Source: an uncultured virus (IMG/VR IMGVR_UViG_3300020183_006727) | Lineage: Duplodnaviria > Heunggongvirae > Uroviricota > Caudoviricetes | IMG/VR virus record: IMGVR_UViG_3300020183_006727 | Length of the DNA stretch: 62,775 nt | Direction: 5' to 3' (one strand) | Shown: one piece after another, positions 28,501 through 36,700 of the stretch | How positions within the stretch are numbered: the first letter of the stretch is position 1 | How the letters are laid out: each line of letters begins with the position of its first letter | Notes under the pieces: model-generated | Seen by the model: only the letters and a program-made list of their open reading frames with translations | What the model was told of the DNA's origin: nothing | Database searches by the model: none | Translations under genes and position numbers: made by a program

Positions 28501-31500
28501 ACATGTCGTCGTCCAGACCAGATATAGTTTGGAGCGACTCTTTGGACGCTTATCAGGTGTGCCTGACATCCCTTGATGGATCGTCTGCAGCCATCATGCA
28601 TTCTGCTATATCTATTTCTGGAAAGTCGCCGAAGATTCAGCCATACAGTCGTGTTGCTCTTACAAGGTCAGCCACTTGCAGTGGCCAGGTGTCCATAGAC
28701 GGTGTTGACTCAGTTCATGTTGTGTGGAATGACAATGTTTCAGGGCATGACGAGTTGTACCACGCATATCTTCCAGAGTTCGGCGGGTGGTCTTCTGGCG
28801 GCAGCGATGGGTATAAGGTGACATCAACTCTTGGAGGGGCCAAGAATCACAAAATTGTCTATTCAAGTAACAATCTGTTCGTTGTGTTTGAGAGCCTTGA
28901 CGGGGTTGGCGGCTCCAAGATAGCCATGGCTCGCTATTTGGTCAGCAATTCTCGATGGGAAAGCAGCGGTGCAGGGTTAGTAGACACACAACTGTCTTCA
29001 GCCATGGACTCATTTGCTTCTTCTAGACCATCGATTGCATCATCGCAAGACGGTAACTGCCATGTGTGCTGGGACGACTTTATTAGAACAGGCACTGTAG
29101 TAACTTCTAGCAGAGCCATACTGTACAGATCTTTCAATCCAACACTGGTAACTTTAAGCAACATTGCTATAGTTGCATTTGATTACGCGAGAGATTGCAC
29201 CCATGCATCTGTTTCTTGCCCAACAGATCCTGCTCAGGTTGCTTTGGCATACTTGAAAAGATCAAACCCTGTTCCAGGAGTGTCAGGTGTGCGTTATGAA
29301 CAGTTGGGCAATGTTCCAACTATTCATCTGATTCTGCGCGGAGCCACTAGTGTAAGTGCTAGTGGCTGGCCTAATATTAATCTTCATAAGCCAGTGGTGG
29401 CTTCAACGGCACGCATAGTAAGCTCCGTTAGCTTGGCCTCATCAACATTTAAGAATCTCCATTTTGTCTACGGATTCAGCTCCATATCCGCACAGGATAG
29501 GTCTCAAAGAGAATTCTTGAACAACGACACGGCTGCATACGGTCGCGTATCGTTTGAATCATTTTCTCCTCCACTTCTTTTAAACTCATACCTAGAGTTG
29601 GGATCTGCGTCTGAATCCACAGACGATGTTCGCCTGGTCAGAGTCAATGAACCATATATCAGGTTCGGAGACATGAGCTCATTCAGATCTGCAAAATTGG
29701 TTCTATACAAATTGCGTGTATTTGTTGGCGGTGGATATGCGCCTAGACAAATTACTTTCATTGGATCTGCTGCTCGACCTTTGCCGGCTAAATATCCATC
29801 AGATGTTGATATAGGTGCATCTGGTGATGCGTTTATAGTTTCTGATGGTCATGTGTTCCATTACGACTGGCAATCAGAATCGTTATTTGACATGAGCTCT
29901 GAAACTGCAATGGCAATTACTCATTTGCCAGCGCCTGCTGCAGAGGCACAATATTGTTACTTTGACAGCGACGGCAACATGCTTGTGCTCACACAAGCTG
30001 GTGATGTTTATGTCTCATATGATCTTTTCCGATTTGTACAATTCGATTTCGGCGCTCCTGTGGTCAAGGTTGTAAAATCTGACGGCCTTTACATAGTAAA
30101 GTCGTCTAAACTTTTCTATATCAAAAACTGGAATAGGTATGTATCTCAGATACCGTCTTCTCAGCCATCTTCAGCAATAACAGTTGCAGAAGATGACATG
30201 GAAGAGATTTGCGATTTCAACGGTGGCGATGTTGCACACTCAAATATTCTCGGCGTTTGCCTGATCGGTCAATTTGGAGTCAGGCGTATTGTTGAAGGCC
30301 TGCCAATAGATGTTGGATCATCTGGATCTTTTGGATCTCAGCGAGTAGTTTCACTTGTAGACGGTTATGATGGAAATGTGTATTGTGCCACCGGATCTAG
30401 AGTTTTCCGTCTCGATGGCTCAAGATGGACTCCGCTATTGGTTGCTTCATCTTCAGGGTCTCGTACTAATCTTGGACAAATATTCAGCATAAGTAAGTTG
30501 GCTGATAAACTGATGGTTGCCTGTGAATATGGAGTTTTTGAGTCAAGACCATCAGGCAGTTATATGGTGGGATCCATGATAGCCAATTCTTTACTATATC
30601 TTGTGCCTCCATCAGGGTCGGTTGATACAACATCGTATGAGTTCAGTATGCCAGCTGGCGAGGGTATAGATTCTGACTCTGTGCTTCAGGCGTCTATTAA
30701 TGGTCGCCTAGTCAATGTCGGTTTTGGAGTGTCTAAGGAAGATGCTGGGCGTCGCGTTGTTAGATTTGCGTGTCCTCTTCTCGCTGAAGATAATGTATCT
30801 TTAGTGGTGAGAGATGATCTCCAGCTTATCAGAAAGCTAAATCCAAACCGTGCAGAGGTCGCGTCTGGCTTCTCTTCAACGAGAAGATTGAATCATGTGA
30901 TTGACGGAGGTTTGGAGTTTTTTGCAGTTGCAGATGCAGGCGAAAGATCTGTTGTCAAACTGTCTTCTTCTTCTGGTTTACCATCGGACGAGGTTGTCTT
31001 GGACACCGAGCCTCCGCAAGGCAAATTAAATTTTGTGAGTCAAATTAGCGTCAATAGCGTCAGGTTGTCTGTAGATCCTATCCGTGGCGAAGATGGCCCA
31101 CTGCCATATGACGCAACGAGCGGAGTGTCCACCTATGAAGTGAGTAATTTTTCTAATTTCACCACTGACGGAGTAACTCCAGTTGAGCCGCAGCCGTTTA
31201 CAACGCAGTTCGAACATAATCTACTCAATTTAAGTTCTCTGAGTGGACTTATTTGGAATGAGACAAACGGTAAGATAAGTGGATTCGTATCTTTCCGACC
31301 AGTCGGTGCTCTTTCAGCAAAAGATTTTATCTTCACCAGTCTGCCTGCGGCTTGCAGGTTCAAGACCGGCGACAATTTTTCGGACATACAAACTATGATT
31401 GGAACTGATCCTGTCAATTCTAGAATTGCAGGTGTCATTGTATTCCGCAATGAGCTTCATGTTGCTGTTGTTAAAGATGAAGTCATGGTGGCCATTTACA

Positions 31501-33737
31501 AGTCTTCGGATGGAGCTCAATTTTCTCTAGTGTCATCCCTTGACGCCGAAGGGTTTGCAGGCTTCTTCCTGAGTGACTATGACAATTCACTATATATGCT
31601 TACAGACTTTCCAGCAAGAATATATCAGTACACAGGTTCAGGCACCCCATCAGCTAGAGTTAACTTTGTGGCCGAGACAGGATCTGGCATATCAGGCTTT
31701 GACAGGTTTGTGGTGGTGGCTACTGGACAGGACAAGCGTATATATCGAGCAGACTTGGGGTCCGTTCCCATAGTTGTTGAGAGCCTACATTACGATTCAG
31801 ATGCTTTGACAACAGTTGCCAGCCTTGGTGCCAATATTTATGTCGGGACTGCCTCTGATGGGCGCATCATGCGGTCAGTTGACGAAGACGAGCCATTCTT
31901 GGCATCTTTCAGATCCACTGCTGCTCCAATACTGGCAGTCAATAAGATTGTTCTTGCAGGGCGAGACAATATTTTTGCATCCGTAGGTCGACAAATATAC
32001 AGATATGCCAACGGCTGGGTTGTCGTGGGGCAGTCCAACGCGAACATAGTTGGTATCGGTCAGTCTACTGACAATCAGGTGGTTTTTTGGACAGAGTCTT
32101 CTCTCTACGCTGTCAATGTTTCTGGGGCCGTACGTCGTGTCTACCTCAGGCTTACTGACAAGGCTGGCAACTCTACAGCCTTGGCTTCTGAGCCAGATGA
32201 AAACGGAGACGGAATTAATGACAATCTGGTATTTGATATCAGTTCTAATTTGCTGAGGTCTTCCGCTTTGTCTGGTCAAATAATCGAGTTCGAAGCAGAC
32301 GGAACACAAACGGTCCTTATTGGAAATGGTGACGCTCCATTCTTCTCTGCAGATCGAGTTCGTCGTGAATCTGCGACCATAGAAACTAACATACTAAACG
32401 CAAGCGATGGACATGTGGCTTGGGGGAAAATGTCTTGGGTTTCTGAGACCCCACAATATTCTGAAATATGGATATATTTCAAGGTTGGCAGAACTAGAGA
32501 CCAGTGTGCTTCTGCCGAGTACAGCACGCCAATTTCGTCGGTGGTTCAGGAGTTTGACATGAGCGGCCAAGTAGGTCAGTTCATACAGATAAAAATCGTT
32601 CTCATGTCCACCAGTTCTGCCAGCAACCCCATCATGCAGCAGATATCAATAGAATCGCTTACAAGTTCAACTAGTCAATTCATAACAACCACTTTTGTAT
32701 TGCCTTCGCCTGTAAAACGCGGAATTTTGAGCATGGACAAACTCATTCCTGTATCTGCCATGATCGTGCCATGCTTGGACACTCTTGATCGTGTGTCCAT
32801 AGCCGACTTCCAAGAACTTCCTGAAAATAGACTTTTCTCAGTTGATGGTTCCCAGTATGGCACCAAGTTGCGTGTGGGGTTCAAGTTCTTAACTCCCGCC
32901 GCAGGCACAGACGGTGCTCCATCAGAAAATTATGGAGATATTTATCGCAATGCCGTGCTTTGGAATATTGATAACTCAGGCTCATCAACAGATGATGTTG
33001 TTGACTTTACCGTGTACTTCTACGACGACGAGGAAAGAACATCTCTACGAGCATCTGCAAATACAGTAGGGTCTCCTCAATATTTCTTATTCGATGGGCT
33101 TCCATTTCCTAATGCAAACGGTGCCACCATACTAGCTGGCCGTGTTGGGTCATTCGCCATGCTCCCATACGCATTCTCTCTTGTGTCAGGTGTGACATAT
33201 TATGTCGATGTTTCCGCAACGCGAAATGGTGTGGAAGAAGGTCTCCCTGAATTGAGTAGACCGTTCATTAAAGAAGCATCTGTATCCATGTATAACATAA
33301 TTGTTTTTGAGTTTTTGCCTGGTGCAGGACTTTCCGACACATATGACTTTAGAATACGCATGTACGAAGATGAAGCACTCACCCAGATGGCTAGTTCCTA
33401 CTTCTCGTTGGCAAACAGTTCTGGCTGGACTGCTGGGGATGATGATGAACCATGGTCACCGACAACGCCGCCATTCTTCGGAGATCAAGATCCAACAAGA
33501 GTAACCTTCACCCCTCCGCCTGGTGATCTTGAGGTTAATAAGCGTTATTTCATCACTATAGAATCTTTCAACGGATCTAATTTCAGTCTCAATTTTGTTG
33601 GATTGTCATTTATAAAGATCATAGAAACAGGCTTTGATTGTGGAGATCAGGTGAATGTTCCAATCCTAAAAGGATTTAGTATGATGTTCGAATTGGAAGA
33701 CGGATCTTTGGTTAAATTTAATTCCTTGACGCGATGA
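25554..33737 (+). CDS. Giant multidomain virion protein (2727 aa) with Ig/FN3-like, LamG-like and several beta-propeller regions
   Basis: Ig-like YRIEWYGNG and YIHRWFVNG; SPTITWRY...LLPGLTYYV; propeller motifs DSVHVVWNDN and GNCHVCWDD; Ig module DTEPPQG...YDATSGV...VYLRLTDKAGN. Confidence 0.6.
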   Translation: MAELENVRIDGNPILAGPSDVLPKGFVISWGANGGYQGYQIKIGSSNAAWGSDGFSGNIASVAQPTLPSAEHAFNFAGGLVRAQVFYGQIKLLPTGSWLKFTIRIKTVPQIVDAFYSENSLGINTILSIEVNSSPPNAEYRIEWYGNGTRIFAIDNSPNLPSSYLRFGDEWFARIIPFDSLESGAPMVLPTLTVEAVSSFSSDVTIHPANPTPDDILYASYDASAFADVNENAVSYIHRWFVNGGIVLPSLGEADTDGGRWARLRVVPGDEVYVQVQSFVAGAQGQSSISDSVSIGASSRSFSPVLVDGRSSDSTSTSLSPTITWRYPDADDLNMQIKIGSLPGDGSYLNYAVPASSGIATVPEGVLLPGLTYYVTLSIDESESISDVIRFSTPGNPWLSSASNSDGWRLQFGMSCVKNSDSGPTVLYPYSLDAADDRLVISLDISPSTLRLRSGSNIVYTGVFDMTVEKQVGLSCVGSNVAVHVNSVQVFSSSISGQEIFSASKYVQISPRSRDSTSYDLTISSVSFAKSFSPAQAIGAYPLGSLPCSFVSHISQSSGGFSVIGSDGPASSDTVYFVSPSVSPRVYDCSVIGQSGSGISLISGDSYGQHVMVAHPFGATVISGSAVDEWNLSCDFHNKSSLEASGFSSVSSHGTDPFVYQGDYLDIDTTFSKVGVPATKASSGLLNVAKIETRLGIAVYEFTLSSGVLYAALADSELDDIFKQSFYISFIDSDVASVIQKLNQVNISANTDVIPFSLYYNTSVTSGYEGVDASLISDFNSTESSPLLLQVQSDAIFAGVAPMESASGRKAYIETMRGSTIWSQYALDESGYTMELSFAYDKIEESLASDSVDEGGIGLSWFDGNTKHNINIETEKVLLDGNQVALSEAGQQIDVLISKNSKGTSAFMKLGGSVEWNGPFEASGSISDMVSGTCFDPKIACSSDGASMVAVWWSDDGSNQPVSWMSWWSQDLGWSLPTRMYGDMSSSRPDIVWSDSLDAYQVCLTSLDGSSAAIMHSAISISGKSPKIQPYSRVALTRSATCSGQVSIDGVDSVHVVWNDNVSGHDELYHAYLPEFGGWSSGGSDGYKVTSTLGGAKNHKIVYSSNNLFVVFESLDGVGGSKIAMARYLVSNSRWESSGAGLVDTQLSSAMDSFASSRPSIASSQDGNCHVCWDDFIRTGTVVTSSRAILYRSFNPTLVTLSNIAIVAFDYARDCTHASVSCPTDPAQVALAYLKRSNPVPGVSGVRYEQLGNVPTIHLILRGATSVSASGWPNINLHKPVVASTARIVSSVSLASSTFKNLHFVYGFSSISAQDRSQREFLNNDTAAYGRVSFESFSPPLLLNSYLELGSASESTDDVRLVRVNEPYIRFGDMSSFRSAKLVLYKLRVFVGGGYAPRQITFIGSAARPLPAKYPSDVDIGASGDAFIVSDGHVFHYDWQSESLFDMSSETAMAITHLPAPAAEAQYCYFDSDGNMLVLTQAGDVYVSYDLFRFVQFDFGAPVVKVVKSDGLYIVKSSKLFYIKNWNRYVSQIPSSQPSSAITVAEDDMEEICDFNGGDVAHSNILGVCLIGQFGVRRIVEGLPIDVGSSGSFGSQRVVSLVDGYDGNVYCATGSRVFRLDGSRWTPLLVASSSGSRTNLGQIFSISKLADKLMVACEYGVFESRPSGSYMVGSMIANSLLYLVPPSGSVDTTSYEFSMPAGEGIDSDSVLQASINGRLVNVGFGVSKEDAGRRVVRFACPLLAEDNVSLVVRDDLQLIRKLNPNRAEVASGFSSTRRLNHVIDGGLEFFAVADAGERSVVKLSSSSGLPSDEVVLDTEPPQGKLNFVSQISVNSVRLSVDPIRGEDGPLPYDATSGVSTYEVSNFSNFTTDGVTPVEPQPFTTQFEHNLLNLSSLSGLIWNETNGKISGFVSFRPVGALSAKDFIFTSLPAACRFKTGDNFSDIQTMIGTDPVNSRIAGVIVFRNELHVAVVKDEVMVAIYKSSDGAQFSLVSSLDAEGFAGFFLSDYDNSLYMLTDFPARIYQYTGSGTPSARVNFVAETGSGISGFDRFVVVATGQDKRIYRADLGSVPIVVESLHYDSDALTTVASLGANIYVGTASDGRIMRSVDEDEPFLASFRSTAAPILAVNKIVLAGRDNIFASVGRQIYRYANGWVVVGQSNANIVGIGQSTDNQVVFWTESSLYAVNVSGAVRRVYLRLTDKAGNSTALASEPDENGDGINDNLVFDISSNLLRSSALSGQIIEFEADGTQTVLIGNGDAPFFSADRVRRESATIETNILNASDGHVAWGKMSWVSETPQYSEIWIYFKVGRTRDQCASAEYSTPISSVVQEFDMSGQVGQFIQIKIVLMSTSSASNPIMQQISIESLTSSTSQFITTTFVLPSPVKRGILSMDKLIPVSAMIVPCLDTLDRVSIADFQELPENRLFSVDGSQYGTKLRVGFKFLTPAAGTDGAPSENYGDIYRNAVLWNIDNSGSSTDDVVDFTVYFYDDEERTSLRASANTVGSPQYFLFDGLPFPNANGATILAGRVGSFAMLPYAFSLVSGVTYYVDVSATRNGVEEGLPELSRPFIKEASVSMYNIIVFEFLPGAGLSDTYDFRIRMYEDEALTQMASSYFSLANSSGWTAGDDDEPWSPTTPPFFGDQDPTRVTFTPPPGDLEVNKRYFITIESFNGSNFSLNFVGLSFIKIIETGFDCGDQVNVPILKGFSMMFELEDGSLVKFNSLTR

Positions 33738-36700
33738 CAAGACCAACCCCATCATTACAACTCCCATACTTCGAGAGAGGAGACAGGTATTCTGCGGTCG
33801 TTGACAAGAGCAGGATGATGATGTTGGATGAGCAATTGCACGCATTTTATTCTGCGATTGGCGATGGCGTGGCATATGGATTGGATGCAAGTTTAAGCGG
33901 CGGATCTGTTTTTATATCTAGTGGCGCAGCTTTCATAAATGGAGTGTTTACGCAACTTGCGATTGAGCGCTCCTGTCCGTATCCGAATATAGGCGAGGGA
34001 ATATTTTTGAAAAGACAAGCCAACATGATTTCTCGGTTTGGTAATTTTTCTTCTAGCAGAAAAGTTGTTGTCAATGATGTATCTCCTCCGTATCCACCCA
34101 CTTTTAATGCATACATATCTGACGATTCTGCATTCGTTTCTTTTGACTGGAGTGGCGCTTCTGTAACAACACTATATGCGTATCTGATCATTGATGATAT
34201 TTATGTTGCACAGATATCAAGATCTGAATATGTTTTCCAGCATCCAATTATGGAGGGTTCTTCCATATCTGTTAAGATGCAGGCTTTCGGATATGGCGAT
34301 ATACCTGGATTATTTTCAGATGAACTCACAGTCAGCAGACCCTTTGCGGATGTGATCCCTCCAACTCCAACTGGTGTTGCTGCTGTGGAAAACAACGCAT
34401 CTATTTCTGTTGTTTTTGACAAGTCTACGTCTGGCTTGATTAGTGAGAAGATTGTTTCTTGGAGACGGGTGGATGTTTTTGGCAATGAAGTTGGTGATGA
34501 GTTTTCTGTTGAAGTGTCCGTATCTAAATCACATTGCATCATAAGAGATTTGGTTAATGGTTCTAGATACAGGGTTTCCGTGTCTAACAGGTCGATTTAC
34601 GGCAAGACATCTACCCCAGTAAACAAATATCTTGTTCCGACTTCTGGTGCGCAAGTTGGAGATGTTGATGATATGGATGCCGTCATTTTGAGAAATCCAC
34701 TTGGTAGTTTTTATCTTTCAGTATCTGCCATATCTCTTGATGGATATGACCCCATGAATAATCTCTATTTAAGAATACACAAGAACGGCAACTTGGGGTT
34801 TATTTGGACGTCTAAAGACATCAAGATGCCAGATAACGGCAAGATAGAACTTTCAACTGTGCAGGTTATTCAGGGTTCTTCTTTTGTGACTAAGCCTTTT
34901 GAGGATAAATCATCATACACCATTGTTCTGTTTAGAAAAGTCGGTCAGTCTCAGACTAGGGGGCGATTTACAAGGGTGATTTCTGGAGACTCTACGCCTC
35001 CGCTGCCCGTTGCTGACATATCTGGATTTTCTTCTATTGCTGGCAATGTTCGATTCAACTGGTCTCATTCCGATCCTTCTGATGTTTCTTATTATGAGCT
35101 TTCTGTTATATCATACCCAATATTGTCAAGGACAGAAAACATAACCGAGCCTCCATCTGATTCAATTTATATAGCAAGGCGCTATTCTAGCAACATGTGT
35201 GATTTCAATTTCAATATATCTGGAGTTACTCTCAAAATAGAAGGAATTGATGATGATAACTTTACACCTGTAGAAGGTTTTTCTGAAGTGTCTTTAGATT
35301 TGACCGGAAAGAACATAGCAGATGTTATTGCATTTATAAACTATGCCAACATCAGGATGAAATCTAAGGCAACAGGTATAATTTACAGCATGTTTCAGCT
35401 TATAGAAGCAAGGTCTGCCTTTTCTCTTGGGTCAAACCCATCTCAGACCTACGACTTGATCAATATATCTTCTTCATCTCTTTCAGCACAAAAATTGTTA
35501 GCAATAGATAACGCAAGACTGCAAGCTACATCACCTATTTTATTCAGAACTGGTGTTGTCAATCCTAACATTATCGATGACTATACAGGGGGCTTCTTTG
35601 CTTCTGGTGGCATAATTTTACAGGTTAAAGATTCTTCAGATTCACCAACAACATACACATACACAACTGGTGTGCAAACTGCACAGATTTCTCAAAAAAC
35701 AAAGCTGAGAACATACTTGCTTCCATCAGGTATGACAAAGCCAAAAACCAAATATGTGATATCTATTGTTGCTGTTGATGAGTATAGCAATAAATCTGTT
35801 GCATCTTCATTTAGCCTTTTCAGTCCTTTTAGTGAGGACATATCTGCTCCTGGGGAATTGGACGGTATATTCGCTGCAGTGGTGCAAGATGGCATCATGG
35901 TCACATGGAATGGCAAATCACGACTTCCTGCAAATAAATTTTTGGTATATAGAAGTCAAATTAATTCATCTGGTTCTTTTGGCCCATATGGGCTGATTGC
36001 AGAAGTTGATCCAAGCGCTTATGAATATTTAGATCTCATGGTTTTGGATGGGAATTCGTATTCCTATAGAATAGGATACGAGAATTTCTGGGGCGCTAGG
36101 AGCATGCATCCAGAGGCATATGAGTTAGAGGGAAAAGTTGGAGTTCTCACCACCTTTGTAAGCAGGTCAGAAAACCCAGGGCCAACTGGTCTTTCTGCAG
36201 CATTTGTTAATGACGACTTTGTGCTGTCTTGGAATGCATACACTAAACCAGTAGATGGATTTGAGTTGTATGTTTCTGATCCATCTACGGGCAGATTCTC
36301 TAGAGTTGGTTCTGCAGACAATAAATCAACTACACACACTCTCAGAGATTTTAAAAAGACCGCTGGAGAATACAGATTCGCAATCAGGTCTGTTGTGTCT
36401 GAATGCTCGGTTGTTACAGCTCAAATTACTAATCCACCAGATGTCAGCATGCTATTGTTCTCAAGGTCTCAAGACGGGTCGCTGAAAGACGAGCGTAGGC
36501 TGCTGTCTGGCATGATTGACCCTATTCTTGAGAACACCGAGGAATTAATTGCCGAGCACAGACATTTCAGGTTAGATGAGAACAACGACTTTAGAATAGA
36601 CTTGAGTGATCTATATGTAATAGACCAGTATGTGTCTGAAGACAGGATAGTATATACTCCTTCATTGCCTATTGAGGTTGGTATTGACCCATCTCAAGGT

